Assembly: GCA_038087875.1 (NCBI GenBank)
Contig: CM075990.1
Span: 13,208,001 to 13,272,000 of the forward strand
Source: Malacoraja senta
Taxonomy: Eukaryota
Direction of reading: 5' to 3'
DNA length: 64,000 nucleotides
Position numbers and translations under genes: made by a program. The notes under the pieces were generated by a model. It worked only from the letters and a program-made list of their open reading frames with translations, was not told the origin of the DNA and ran no database searches. This document shows, piece by piece, positions 1 through 14,034 of the stretch; within the stretch, counting starts at the first letter, position 1; each line of letters begins with the position of its first letter.

Positions 1-3000
1 CGTGAAGAATTGATTTGATGTTAACCAAGACTGCAGAAGAACGCTACAGAACTTAATAATAGTTAGGCCCATCATAACTGTGTTGAGTCAATGCTGGTAT
101 TGAGCCAATTGCGGTCAGTATTCCTCAGCTGTTTTGCACCTGGCTTTTTATTTTAAGTTGTTCCCAATTAGGATCATTGTTGCTGACATGAAAGCAAAAT
201 GCATGCTGATGCTGAAAATCTGAAGTTTAAAAAAAGTAGGAAGCAATGAAAAAAAACATGGAAATAACAGTTAACATTTTGGGTTAATGATACCTTCCCT
301 GACTGTTGGTAAAAGATTACAATGCTAAGGTGTTAACATCATTTTTCTCTCTTTGGAGATGCTCAACTGTCTTGAATGCATCCAAGGATTGCTGTTTTAA
401 TGTGATTGCTGTTATCGGAGCTTTGGGTTAAATGTACCCTTTGAGTAAAAACTAAGAAGTTGGCATTGAAGTCATATGCATGGTGTTGGGAGAAAATGCA
501 TCAACATGACTTTGTTCCATTCTCACCTTTGAGTCCAATAGGTACAGGTTCAACCCTAACTCCCAAGAGTTGAGGTGACAATAGTTGAGGCCTTATCTAC
601 AAGGGGTCATTCTGGTTTTGAGTCCTTGTCTGTGTGCATGAATGTTATAGATCCATTTGTATGGTTGGAGGGTTCTTTCGCTTGAATGATATTTGTGCTG
701 TCACCGCAACTGGTTTTCATTTCATTTCCATAATAATGTAGGTTCCCCATTATATTTTAAATATCTGACATGATGCTGGGGAAGTAAAATATGAGAACTA
801 TGCAGCTGCTGAAAGCTTGTCGAGGTGAAAATAGAGAGAGATTCCCAGGCTGCATATTAATGTCATTCTCCTGGCATTGACTTAAATGGTATCATATGAT
901 CAACATAGACTTCAATAGGAAATATCATCTGGCAGATAATTTTGTTAATCAAAATATTTAACGTAAAAATGAAGGAACAGGTCTTTGGTCAATGTGAGTG
1001 TGAATGCTTGAAATGACCTATCTCCTCCAAACCTCATCAGCATTAACTTCTCCAAAATTCATCATCTTCATTTTAAAAGCATAGAACATATAAGAAAGAC
1101 TGGAAAAGCGTCAGAATGTCACAAGGATTATCCAGATTAATTATGTAAAAGAATATGTACAGATTGTTCTGCCATCAATTTGTTTATCCCTCCAACACTG
1201 TGATGGTGGCCACATTTCGTAAATGTGACATTGGGGTGTGAAACATGGTGCCAAATAGTTTAGCTGCAGCAATTTGTTAATTGAGTTCAGTAAATTGAGG
1301 CACTTGGAAAATATAGTTCCCTTGAATTTATATATATATATATATATGTGTGTGTATGACAGCAATATTTAGTGTATAAAGTGCAGACATGAATAATGAC
1401 CAATGCATCCTCTGGGTAATAGATTTGAGCATCCCATCCATCATAATACACTTGCACACTGCATGGCCTATTGTCAGTTTAAGATTTTTCTCCAAATGTT
1501 TTGTCAAATATCTTATTAATTCTCTTTGAAAAAAGGTTGCATATAAGTTTAAGGGCCATGTTTGAAGTCTGAAGATTAAATTTAAGGCTATTTTTGTGGC
1601 AGATAATGAAGTTGACACAGAGCCTGGAGATTTTAACATTGGTCTTAAAGAGGAACAGTCCTATATGTGCTGAGAAATGTAATCTGCTTTTTCTCTTGCC
1701 GGTGACACTTTGCCAATGGAATGAGGTTACTTAAAGGTTGTACTTACTGGGAGAAGAATGAGTGTTTTTTATCAAAGGAAGATTTGCTTTTCAAGCCCTT
1801 GGTATTCTTAATTCCTAAATCCCCAATTTTAATTACCACTGCAGTGTAGTAATTGTTGTAATGTACGAAATGATTTCTACACAGCAGTTTCTCATGAACT
1901 GCAACATAGTGGTGATTGGATAATATATTTTTGGTGGCAATGGAGGGATGATCATTGGTCAGGACACTCCTATGCACGACTTTGTAATAGTATCATGTGA
2001 TTTTTTTTAATTCCATCAGACATCGAACTTTGTGTGAAAGGACCCTTCTGTTGACTTCTACATCATTACTTGAATATTTTTCTCCATAGTTTCACACTAT
2101 ACTAATTAAGATCACTAAGATGCTGCTTAATGAAATGCAGGACAGGAGTTAACTAGTTTCTGCTCTGCAGAAGTGACCACAGAATTCTTGATTAGTACGG
2201 GTGTCAGAGGTTATGGGGAGAAGGCAGGAGAATGGGGTTAGGAGGGAGAGATTGATCAGCCATGATTGAATGGCGGAGTAGACTTGATGGGCCGAATGGC
2301 CTAATTCTGCTCCTATCACATGAACGGAGAGCATAATTGCGTTAAATCACTCGTCTACTTGGGAACGTTCTCCAAGGAGATTCCCACCATAAAATCGCAG
2401 TGCATTTAAGTAAATGGCCATCCATGGGTCATTGTGGTTTGTAATGCAGTATGGTATATTGCATCGAAATGTATAGGAAGGAACTGCAGGTGTGTGCTCT
2501 CTGAAATATAAGCAATATAATCATTTTGATTACAATATTTAGCACCTCTGGTTGATAAACTGAGCTTTAATTTAATAACAGCTTGCTTTAGCGGTTGGTG
2601 GATTGCGTGCTGCATTACGTGTTTAATTGGCATGAAGCTATAGAACGTTGCTGGAGAGATAAAAGAGAAGCACAAAGTTAGCATGATATACCAAGTAATT
2701 AGGGAGATGAATAGAATGTTTTTATTTACGAGAGAATTGGATGCTAAAATAGGAAAGCTTTGCTCCAAATGGTATTAATGAAAGCATGCATAAAGTACTT
2801 TGTAGAGTTTGGATTCCTTTATATGGAAATAAATTGCATCTTCGTCAAGGTAAGAGATTAGAAAAAGTTTCCCCCAACCCCCCACATAAAACAAGCTAAA
2901 AACCACTAAAAACATACACTTAACCCATATTAAAACGCAAAGATGGAAAGGAGAGACAGACCGTTGGCGAGGCACCCATTGTTGGCGCCACCCGGAAGGT

Positions 3001-3189
3001 CCTGCACTGATATGAGCACCTGTGTTTGCTGGTAACCTCTGTGGTTTGCAACATGACATCTTTGGGTATGGGAACAGTCTGTCAAGCTGGGATGTAAGCA
3101 TCAATTGACTACGGCTGGTATTAGTTTGTTGTTGACATGGATACTGACATACAACAAAAAATATTGCTTCAAGTGTATACAGGCAGTTC

Positions 3190-3730
3190 ATGCCATACAT
3201 GCAATCACACCACGTGTTGGTTGTTGCAGCACCTGTTGAACATTAGATCGTGCGACAAGAGAAAGTAAAGAATGCAGATTACAGTGTTACAGTTACAGAG
3301 TAAGTGCAGATTTTTTTTTCAAGTGCATGGGCTACGCAAGGTAGATTGGAGGATTGTGAATAAATCATTATCATATGAGAGATTTGTTCAAGAGTCTGAA
3401 AACAGCGGGTAAGAAGCTGTTCAGGAAATTGGTGGTATGTGCTTTCAAGCTTTTGTATCCTCTGCCTGATAAGAGAGAGAGAGAGAGAGAGAACGACTGG
3501 GACGTGAGTAGTCCTGGATAATGTTTGGCGCTTTACTGAGGCAGCATGGGCATGAAGTGTAGATTGGGTCGATGAGAGGAGGCTGGTTTGCATAACAGAC
3601 TGGGCTGCATTCACAACTCTTCCACGGTTTCATGAAGTCTTGACCAGAGCAGTTGCCACACCAGGTTGTGATGTATCCCAATAAAATGCTTTCTATGGGG
3701 CATCTTGAAATTGTCGTCAGTGCCAACATT
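3190..3730 (-). mobile_element. Rex1/Babar LINE 3' fragment
   Basis: RCPIESILLGYITTWCGNCS resembles the Rex C-terminal (DUF1891-type) region. Confidence 0.7.
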
Positions 3731-4071
3731 AGGGTGAACCATTTACTTGTTCCTTTGCAACTTGCTCTTCATTAGGACTCAACGGAACGGACAGGAAGTG
3801 TGCACTGGGGACATGGAATCTCCCTTGGCCTGCCACCCAATGGATCAAATTGGAGATGTTGCTGTCCTTGCCACCCACTTCCTCAAACCCCTCTCCACTG
3901 TGGCAACACAATACTGCTGAATTTATTCCCTGCCTCTCGGTGTAAATTCTACTGGTAATATGTTATCGAGAGGCTGGGCACCCCCAGAGGCTCCTGCTCT
4001 CGCAAATGTTCATGCAAATGGAAGGCAGCTGCATACTGGTTTGGGCTTAAACCTGGGTATGCAGTCTTCAA

Positions 4072-4258
4072 GGTAGACGCAAATGCTGGAGAAACTCAAC
4101 GGGTGAGGCAGCACCTATGGAGCGAAGGAAATAGGCAACGTTTTGGCCCGAAACGTTGCCTATTTCCTTCGCTCCATAGATGTTGCCTCACCCGCTGAGT
4201 TTCTCCAGCATTTTTGTCTACCTTCGATTTTCCAGCATCTGCAGTTCCTTCTTAAACA
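4072..4258. mobile_element. Penelope pLTR palindromic fragment
   Basis: Inverted arms plus one-sided tail; 14-bp TSD TATGCAGTCTTCAA (4058-71 / 4259-72). Confidence 0.85.
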
Positions 4259-6087
4259 TATGCAGTCTTCAACATGGTTATGCTGCTGAAGATTGGCTAA
4301 GTGCAGTGCAAAGGTGATACTTGGCTCTTGCTCTCTGCCACTACTTCAGGCTGTTATGGTTACTGAGTCCATTGCATTTTCAGTGCTTTCACAATATTGA
4401 TGGAGCTCCATTATGCTGGTATTTAAGAATCGACTGTCAATGTAATGTGGAGTTGCTGCTATCCAGCAACATAGCCTAAAAATGTAGCCAATAAAGGAGG
4501 AAACAGATGGATGATAATTTCTCACGGTTGTTGCCAGAGTTGTAATTTTTGTTTGTTTATTGTTCACAGTACATGGATGTTGTTGGCATTTGCCAGCACT
4601 TATTCCTCTTCACTTGTCACTCATTCTAATTGTTCCTGAATGGAGAAGGAAAATAAATGCTGACCACACTGGTGGTCTGGAGTTGTAATGGTCACAGTCT
4701 CCTTCCTTGAACCAGATGGGTTGAGCAATGATCATAGTGATTTGATGGCTTTTTTTTAAGGAAATGGCTATGATACCAATTGGATGACACCTGTCAATGG
4801 CTCAGATGTGGCAGCTAATCTAGCAATTTAACCAACAGCATTGCATTCCTGTCAAAAGATTTCCGTGCTTGTGCCCTTCTCCTGGGTTGTGCAGCACCAT
4901 AATTAGGAAGTGATAAGGAGTCAACCGCGAGTAGATTTGGAATCATGTCTTGGAGATAACTGAGTATTGCAACTTTGATTCTTAAGTGGCATCATGAGTC
5001 ATAAGAGCATTTAAAATAATCCATCAGTTTCTTTGCCACCATTAGTGGTGATAATTTTTTTAATTCCAGATTTAGTTCATTACTGATTGACTTTCCTCTG
5101 CTGCTATGGTGGGGTTTGAACTCGTTGCTAGATTATTCCAGATCATTAATCTAGAGTTTGCATTATTATATAACCACCTTCCCAAGAACTGATTAGATTG
5201 AGCTGCTTTGACTCACGAAACATGTTCTACACCATCTGCTTCCATCACAAAGGACACGCCTTGCCCACTGGCATAGATAGTTGCATTGAAAATCCATTTG
5301 TCACTAAACTATATGGTGATCATTTTTGAAAGAAATGTACACCTGTAATCTATGGTAAAGGTTAAGCACAGTCTTCACATTCTGAAATCTGTACTGACTG
5401 TGCGTCAGTACAATTCTTGCCTTTTGCCCATTTCCAGTCTTCCTTTCATGTCCTGTCCAAAGAAAGGTGCTGACCTGAAAAGTCACATCTTTATGTTTTC
5501 TCCAGCGATGCTGCCTGAACAACTGGGGTACTCCAGCACTTTGTGTCTATGTTCCTTTCATGAGTGGCTGCCATGCACTCAAAAAGCTGGGATTAAATTT
5601 TCTGGAAATAACCCCTCCAAGCCTCTGCTATTCACATGCTCATTTCAGATACTCTTGAAAAATTATATCTTTGACTATTGACCTGCACTGTTTCCCTCAT
5701 CAAATGTTGTTGATAGCGATCTTTAAAGTGCCCGGAAGAGTTTGCTTTGTTAACTGTGCTACGTAGATGTCATGTCTATGGACAAATTAAGAAATAAAAT
5801 CAAAAGAAGTGGCAGTATTGAAAAGTTGAGCGTCATTAGAGTGCAAGTGAAAACTGATGTTTTCTCATGGTGATGCAAGAGGTTGCAGATGTAGGAGTTT
5901 GCAGTAACAAACTATCTGCTGGAGGAACTCAGTGGGTCGAGCAGTATCTGTGGAGGGAAATGAAGAGTCGAGGCTTCGATCTGACCCAAAACGTCAACTA
6001 TCGTGACTCTTCATTTTTTTCTGATCTTGTAAGTAAGAAACGATGCTGAGCTGCCCAATACTAGAGAATGGATGTATAATTGCTTTA

Positions 6088-6402
6088 TGGGGCTGTCCCA
6101 CTGTACGAGCCAATTCAAGAGTTCTCCCGAGTTTCCCCTGATTCTAACTCGGAGAATTACGGTAATAGCCGCTCGTGGGTACTCGGGGCTCTCGTGGACA
6201 TTTTTCAACGTGTTGAAAAATCTTCACGAGTCTTCCCGAGCTTACCGAGTTTCCCGAGTACCTGCCGTCAGCGTTACGAGCTGCTGAGACGTCCTGAGCT
6301 CCGACATACCCGCTACGTACATTCTACGTGCTTACCACGAGTTTGATTTTTTTTAAAACGCGGGAGAGCTCTTGAATGAGCTCGTACAGTGGGACAGGCC
6401 CT
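6088..6402. mobile_element. MITE subfamily A (PIF/Harbinger-like)
   Basis: TIR ~AGGGCCTGTCCCACTGTACGAG; flanks TTA / TAA; near-identical to 42009-42314. Confidence 0.85.
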
Positions 6403-7431
6403 TAAGTTATCTCCGTAAGGGGATCTAATTTATACCTAAAGGTTTTGATATCCATTTCCACTGAATTACAAAACTATAGTCTCTTCCTTATCGCCACATA
6501 CCATCTGCAAAAGAGTAGTTCTGAATTCTTGGATATTTCCACTGGCTTGGAATATGTTAGAATAAATAGGTGATGGTATTTGTGACATAAATACATTGGT
6601 TTCATGCTGTGGCAGTAGTTGACTCATCAAATTATTTTAAAATACTTTTGTTTTCTCAGGAGACATTTCAGGTACAAATGGTGAACTTGGAACTTTTTTT
6701 AATCCATCTTAAATTAAATTGTGCGTTAAATTGTCATTCTTTGCCCCCAGTAAAATTAATGGTGATGTAAAGTGTGTGTGTTTTGTTTTGTTACCTTGCT
6801 AAAGCCTGTTCAGTTTCTGTGAATTAGTGTTAAATTCCACCTGTTGTTAATTTGTGTTATTGACTTAAATTTAGAACACAAAGGTGGATACAGCTCAGTG
6901 GAGAATGCAAAGAATTTGGAAGGCCCCTAATCCTAAATAAGTTTTTTTTTTTTTAATTTCTACAGCTCACAACTGTGCATTGTATATTTGTGCATTTGCC
7001 CCTGTTAGGAATGGTACTCATGCGGATTGAACAAGTGGGCAAGAAGATGATGGTGGATAATGTAATGTAGCGAAATTAGTTCCACTTTGTAGGAACAATA
7101 GCATAAAATAAGAACAATAGCATGAAATATTTTTTAAGGATACGAATGAAATGTAGAAAAAGTTAACGCAGTTAAAGTAAAGAGTACAATAGGTGCAGGA
7201 GTAGGCCATTCGGCCCTTCGAGCCAGCACCGCCATTCACTGTGATCATGGATGATCATCCACAATCAGTACCCCGTTCCTGCCTTCTCCCCATATCCCCT
7301 GACTCTACTATCTTTAAGAGCTCTATCTAACTCTCTCTTGAAAGCATCCAGAGAATGGCCTCCACTGCCTTCTGAGGCTGAGAATTCCACAGATTCACAA
7401 CCGTCTGTGTGAAAACGTTTTTCCTTATGGA

Positions 7432-8090
7432 ATGCAAACGTCCCCGGGTGTTGTACCTCTTGTGAACAGGTTCACCCACTTAGAAGCTGTCGGGACAGAA
7501 GACGTTTTAACACTGAGCGGCAGACTGGCTTGCGATGCGAATAGGGCTGTTGAGCCCAAACCAAAAAGGCCAAAGTCAGGCAACGCCATTGTAGTGGGAG
7601 ACTCCATTGTGAGAGGTACGGACAGGGGTTTCTGCGGCAACAGACGGGATTCGAGGATGGTGTGCTGCTTCCTGGTGCCAGGATCCAGGATGTCACGGAC
7701 AGAGTGCAGAAAATCATGAAGGGCGAAGGTGAACAGCCGGAAGTGGTAGTGCATGTCGGCACAAACGATGTCGGAAAGAAGGGGATGAATATTCTGCAGC
7801 GTGACTTTAGAGAGCTCGGAAAAATGCTGAAAAGCAGGACCTCCAGGGTTGTTATCTCCGGTTTGCTTCCAGTTCCTCGTGCTGGCGAGAGCAGGAACGG
7901 GGAGATACGGGACCTGAATGTGTGGCTGAGGAACTAGTGCACGGGGAAGGGATTTAGATTCTTAGATCACTGGGATCTGTTTTGGAGTAAAAGGGAAGTG
8001 TACAAAAGGGATGGATTGCATCTTAACAGGTGGGGGACCAGCATTCTGGCAGGCAGGTTTGCCACTGCTACACGGGTGGTTTTAAACTGA
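7432..8090 (+). pseudogene. CR1 ORF1 C-terminal SGNH/GDSL esterase domain (frameshift ~7670, stop 7935-37)
   Basis: Motifs VVGDSIVRG, LPGA, VHVGTND and KRDGLHLN across two frames; ends VVLN* at 8090. Confidence 0.85.
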
Positions 8091-11000
8091 ATAAAGGGGG
8101 TGGGGTGTCGAATGGGATAGTTGAGGATGGAGTTAAAGGGAAAGGGTTTCTTAAATGTGTGAGCGTAGAGACAGAGGGGTGTAAAATGAGGGTAGAAGCA
8201 ATAGGTAGCAAGGTGAAAATTAAAAGTGGCAGGCAGACAAATTCAGGGCAAAAATCAAAAAGGGCCACTTTTCAACATAATTGTATAAGGGGTAAGAGTA
8301 TTGTAAAAACAAGCCTGAAGGCTTTGTGTCTCAATGCAAGGAGCATTCATAATAAGGTGGATGAGTTGAATGTGCAGATAGCTATTAATGACTATGATAT
8401 AGTTGGGATCACGGAGACATGGCTCCAGGGTAACCAAGGCTGGGAGCTGAACATCCAGGGATATTCAATATTCAGGAGGGATAGACAGAAAGGGAAAGGA
8501 GGTGGGGTAGCGTTGCTGGTTAGAGAGCAGATTAACGCAATAGAAAGGAAGGACATTAGCTTGGAGGATGTGGAATCGATATGGGTAGAGCTGCGAAACA
8601 CTAAGGGGCAGAAAACACTAGTGGGAGTTGTGTACAGGCCACCTAACAGTAGTAGTGGAGTTGGGGATGGCATCAAACAGGAAATTAGAAATGCGTGCAA
8701 CAAAGGTAAAATAGTTATAATGGGTGACTTCAATCTACATATAGATTGGGTGAATCAAATTGGCAAGGGTGCTGAGGAAGAGGATTTCTTGGAATGTATG
8801 CGGGATAGTTTTCTAAACCAACATGTAGAGGAACCAACGAGAGAGCAGGCTATTCTAGATTGGCTATTGAGTAATGAGGAAGGGTTAGTTAGCAGTCTTG
8901 TTGTGCGTGGCCCCTTGGGCAAGAGTGACCATAATATGGTTGAGTTCATTAGGATGGAGAGTGACATTGTTAATACAGAAACAAGGGTCCTGAACTTAAA
9001 GAAAGGTAACTTTGAGGGTATGAGAAGTGAATTGGCCAAGATAGACTGGCAATTGATTCTTAATGGGTTGACGGTAGATATGCAATGGAAGGCATTTAAA
9101 GACTGCATGGATGAACTACAACAATTGTTCATCCCAGTTTGGCAAAAGAATAAATCAGGGAAGGTAGTGCATCCATGGATAACAAGGGAAATCGGGGATA
9201 GTATCAAAACAAAAGATGAAGCGTACAAATTATCCAGAAAAAGCAGCCTACCAGAGGACTGGGAAAAATTCAGAGTCAAGCCGAGGAGGACAAAGGGCTT
9301 AATTAGGAAAGGGAAAATAGATTATGAAAGAAAACTGGCAGGGAACATAAAAACTGACTGCAAAAGCTTTTATAGATATGTGAAGAGAAAAAGATTAGTT
9401 AAAACAAATGTAGGTCCCTTGCAGTCAGAAACAGGTGAATTGATCATGGGGAACAAGGACATGGCAGACCAATTGAATAACTACTTTGGTTCTGTCTTCA
9501 CTAAGGAAGACATAAATAATCTGCCGGAAATAGCAGGGGACCGGGGGTCAAATGAGATGGAGGAACTGAGTGAAATCCAGGTTAGCCGGGAAGTGGTGTT
9601 AGGTAAATTGAATGGATTAAAGGCCGATAAATCCCCAGGGCCAGATAGGCTGCATCCCAGAGTACATAAGGAAGTAGCCCCAGAAATAGTGGATGCATTA
9701 GTGATAATTTTTCAAAACTCTTTAGATTCTGTAGTAGTTCCTGAGGATTGGAGCATAGCTAATGTAACCCCACTTTTTAAAAAGGGAGGGAGAGAGAAAA
9801 CGGGGAATTACAGACCAGTTAGTCTAACGTCGGTAGTGGGGAAACTGCTAGAATCAGTTATTAAAGATGGGATGGCAGCACATTTGGAAAGTGGTGAAAT
9901 CATTGGACAAAGTCAGCATGGATTTATGAAAGGTAAATCATGTCTGACGAATCTTATAGAATTTTTCGAGGATGTAACTAGTAGAGTGGATAAGGGAGAA
10001 CCAGTGGATGTGTTATATCTGGACTTTCAGAAGGCTTTCGACAAGGTCCCACATAAGAGATTAGTATACAAACTTAAAGCACACGGTATTGGGGGTTCAG
10101 TATTGATGTGGATAGAGAACTGGCTGGCAGACAGGAAGCAAAGAGTAGGAGTAAACGGGTCCTTTTCACAATGGCAGGCAGTGACTAGTGGGGTACCGCA
10201 AGGCTCAGTGCTGGGACCCCAGCTATTTACGATATATATTAATGATTTGGACGAGGGAATTGAATGCAACATCTCCAAGTTTGCGGATGACACAAAGCTG
10301 GGGGGCAGTGTTAGCTGTGAGGAGGATGCTCGGAGGCTGCAAGGTGACTTGATTAGGCTGAGTGAGTGGGCAAATACATGGCAGATGCAGTATAATGTGG
10401 ATAAATGTGAGGTTATCCACTTTGGTGGCAAAAACAGGAAAGTAGACTATTATCTGAATGGTGGCCGATTTGGAAAAGGGGAGATGCAACGAGACCTGGA
10501 TGTCATGGTACACCAGTCATTAAAAGTAGGCATGCAGGTGCAGCAGGCAGTGAAGAAAGCGAATGGTATGTTAGCATTCATAGCAAAAGGATTTGAGTAT
10601 AGGAGCAGGGAGGTTCTACTGCAATTGTACAGGGTCTTGGTGAGACCACACCTGGAGTATTGCGTACAGTTTTGGTCTCCTAATCTGAGGAAAAACATTC
10701 TTGCCATAGAGGGAGTACAGAGAAGGTTCACCAGACTGATTCCTGGGATGTCAGGACTTTCATATGAAGAAAGACTGGATAGACTCAGTTTGTACTCGCT
10801 AGAATTTAGAAGATTGAGGGGGGGATCTTATAGAAACGTACACAATTCTTAAGGGGTTGGACAGGCTAGATGCAGGAAGATTGTTCCCGATGTTGGGGAA
10901 GTCCAGAACAAGGGGTCACAGTTTAAGGATAAGGGGGAAATCTTTTAGGACCGAGATGAGGAAAACATTTTTCACACACAGAGTGGTGAATCTCTGGAAT

Positions 11001-11120
11001 TCTCTGCCACAGAAGGTAGTTGAGGCCAGTTCATTGGCTATATTTAAGAGGGAGTTAGATGTGGCCCTTGTGGCTAAAGGGATCAGGGGGTATGGAGAGA
11101 AAGCAGGTACAGGATACTGA
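8030..11120 (+). CDS. CR1 ORF2: APE endonuclease + reverse transcriptase (one +1 frameshift in G7 run 10818-10824)
   Basis: LNARSI, ITETWL, VYRPP, GDFN, SDH (APE); KSPGPD, NYRPVSL, LDFQKAFDKV, VPQGSVLGP, KFADD (RT). C-terminus continues in ORF 10857-11120. True start codon uncertain. Confidence 0.92.
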
Positions 11121-12479
11121 GTTGGATGAACAGCCATGATCATATTGAATGGCGGTGCAGGCTCGAAGGGCCGAATGGCCTACTCCTGCACCTATTTTCT
11201 ATGTTTATCTCCGTTCTAAATGGCTTACCCCTTATTCTTAAACTGTGGCCCCTGATTCAGGAGGTAAATAAAACCTTGGGAAATGTTGCTAATGAATAGA
11301 AGAATCGTAAATCGATCAAAATTGCTGGAAATCTGAACTGAAAGCAGAAAATACTGGAAGCAGTGGGATGACGTCTGTCGAACTAGGAACCAAGTTAATG
11401 TTTCAGGTTGGAAACCCTTCTTCAGAAGTGGCAGGAGACAAACCAAGTTAACTTCATTGCCAGTGCATGTTGAGCTGCAACTGCTTTACATCATATTCAG
11501 TGCAGATGAGGAGAGGATTTCTCAGGAAACAAATCATGCTGCAACCTTGAAACGATACCTGAAAAATTGGTACATAAACTTAAGAAGCAGTGCGGTGTAG
11601 TTTCATGAAATTGATTTGTGAATGAGGGTGTCCTTTAAGTTGTGTGTAAGATGAATGTATAGTTTAGAATTAAAGCTAATCTTGTTAAAAGACATGGTTC
11701 TGAATCTGGTTTATGATTCTGGGGGAGATTAACAAAGCTAGATTTCTCAGTCTGAAGAAGGATCTCGACCCAAAACATCACTTGTTCCTTTTCTCCAGAG
11801 ATGCTAGTCTGACCCTCTGAGTTACCCCACTTTTTGTGTCTAAGATTTCGAGGAGCTGGGGAATTCAGCTATTTTAGAAATGAGTTTAAATTTCATTCAT
11901 GATTTTAAAGCTAATAAAAGAAATCATCTATGTTTGCTTAATGCACCATGGTTTAATCTTGCATTGGAAGGACAGTTGTGCAGTAACACTCTTTTAATAC
12001 TGCACGCGAACATCAGTCTATTCTATAAATAAAACAAGACTAAAGTTTTGAATCTGAACGTGAGAATCAAATTAGATTTATTTGCAGACTGAACAGTGAG
12101 GAACAGTTTGTATCCTTCAGCTCAGTGATTGTATACTTGCCATGAAAGCTGAGAAGTGCAGTAATTGCGTTTGGTCTGTGATGCAGTGAGTTCGTGAATT
12201 TGATCACCCATGAAATAATGAGCAATTGGTGCAGATCAATTCATTCCCTTTTCACCAATACAAATAAACGTTTTATCGTGGCAGGAAATCTCAAAGACAG
12301 TCAAGAGCATTTTGATATTTTACAAGATATGTACTAGGCAAGACTGAGCGAGCTCAAACAGACAATTAACCTTTGCCAAGTGGCCTCGGCAAGGGTCATT
12401 GACTTTTCCATTTAGGAATGAGGAAAGCCTTTCTTTGGGAAATTTATTGGTATGTGGTTAACAATTATTGGTATGTGGT

Positions 12480-12852
12480 TCCCTGGAGCGCAGGAGGATG
12501 AGGGGTGATCTGACAGGTGTAGAAAATCATGAGTGGGATAGATCGGTTGGACGCACAGAGTATCTTGCTTAACGAGAACCAGCGGACATAGGCTTGAGGT
12601 GTAGGGGGTAAGATTTTATCGGAATCTGAGGGGTAACTTTTACATGCCTGCTGAAGGATCGAGCTGCTGGAGGAGGTAGTTGAGGCAGGGACTATCGCAA
12701 AGTGGACGAAGCAATTAGACAGGTACATGGATAAGACTGGTTTAAAGGAATATGGGCCAAACACAGGCAAGTGGGACTAGTGTAAATGGGGCATGTTGGT
12801 TGGTATGGGCAAGTTGTGACGAGGGGCCTGTTTCCATACTCTATGACTTTGA
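12480..12852 (+). mobile_element. CR1 (HER1-like) 3' fragment
   Basis: Similar to 14640-15005 and 46320-46605. Confidence 0.75.
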
Positions 12853-13561
12853 CTTCTTTCGCTTGGCCTATCCACAAGCCTTTCCTACTATAACATTACC
12901 TACTAAAACTTGCATCTTAACGGTTTAAAAATAAAAGGCAAAACAATGTTTCTCACTAAATGAGATGAGATTCCATAGCAATAAAATGAACTATTCTTTT
13001 ATCAACCTGGCAGTTTTTCATTTTGAGGACTAATGCATGTTAAATCATTGACAAATTGGTGGATAAACTAACCAAAATAATGTATCCCAGCATGTGCTCA
13101 CCTGGGATTGAGAAGTTGTAAATGTATATTGTAACTCTGGTTAAATTAGACATTCTTCCAGTGCATCTTGATATATTTGTGAAATAAGAGCAGAAAATGC
13201 TGCAAATATTCTTAAGTCCTGCTGCATTCGTGGGAAGAGAAATGGCAATGTTTCGGGTCGGAGGTCTTTAATCAGATTTGATTAGTTTTAAAATGAAATT
13301 TGCAATTTAAGTGTTCAATTTAAATGTTTTGTTGCCATAGTTACAAGTGATTGATTCATCGGCTAATAATAAATGTTTTGGCAAAGTACACAAGGATGCA
13401 CATTTATTCTTCATCCCACCCATTGGGCAGATACAACTTTCTTGTGGCAAAAATATTGGCTGAAGTGTAGATTGTATTGTTTTTTAGCAATCCTGTAAAT
13501 GCATATCAGAATTGTATCTACATCACATACATCCCTGCTTTGTAATTTCCTTTGCTGCAAA

Positions 13562-13858
13562 GGTGACACGGTGGCGCAGCGGTAGAGTTGCTGCCTTGCA
13601 GCACTTACAGCGCCAGAGACCCGGGTTCAATCCCGACTACGGGTGCTGTCTGTATGGAGTTTCTACATTCTCCCCTGTGACTGCATGGGTTTTCTCTGAG
13701 ATCTTTAGTTTCCTCCCCAACTCCAAAGACGTACAGATATGTAGGTTAATTGGCTTTCTATAAATGTAAATTGCCCCTAGTGTGTGTAGGAAAGTGTTAA
13801 TATGTGGGGATCGGTGGGCCAGAAGGGCCTGTTTCCGTGCTGTATCCCGAAAGTAAAC
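13562..13858 (+). mobile_element. HE1-type tRNA-derived V-SINE
   Basis: A box TGGCGCAGCGG, B box GGTTCAATCCC, V-domain GTCTGTATGGAGTTT...CTCCAAAGACGT, CR1-derived tail. Confidence 0.85.
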
Positions 13859-14034
13859 CAACAAATATTAATCGTACTGCTTGAATTTGCTGTGCCTGGT
13901 CCTCAGCTTTCAAACAAACAATATTGCATCGTGCAAATTTGGTCAAGTTGGCATCAATTCCTTCTTGACCATTAGTGATGAGTTTTCTGCACATGCCCAA
14001 TTCTGGCTTGCTAAGTAGCATTGACTTTTCTTGG

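Larger units (their letters stand above)
7429..11204 (+). mobile_element. CR1-clade LINE, 5'-truncated, young
   Basis: ORF1 remnant + ORF2 + 3' end GGCCGAATGGCCTACTCCTGCACCTATTTTCTATGT; flanked by TTAT (7425-28 / 11205-08). Confidence 0.95.
7186..11253 (-). mobile_element. Older CR1 3' fragment split by the young CR1 (7186-7428 + 11209-11253)
   Basis: Joining ...AAACGTTTTTCCTTAT to CTCCGTTCTAAATGGCTTACCCC restores the sequence seen uninterrupted at 23654-23700 and 51740-51800. Confidence 0.85.

Noticed and set aside
1930..2050. Ancient Deu-SINE-like remnants (also ~11950-12030, 29745-29850)
   Set aside because: Resemblance only from memory and too diverged to support without an alignment.
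2950..2996. Second HDV-like ribozyme at the head of the Rex-tailed elements
   Set aside because: Only ~16 nt lie between the candidate P1 strands, too short for P2+P3+L3, and there is no J4/2-P2 match.
6660..6671. 12-nt microexon (TTTTCTCAG|GAGACATTTCAG|GTACAA)
   Set aside because: Weak donor and no other support; expected by chance.
13562..13640. tRNA genes at SINE heads
   Set aside because: A/B boxes continue into the V-domain and CR1 tail; no complete cloverleaf.
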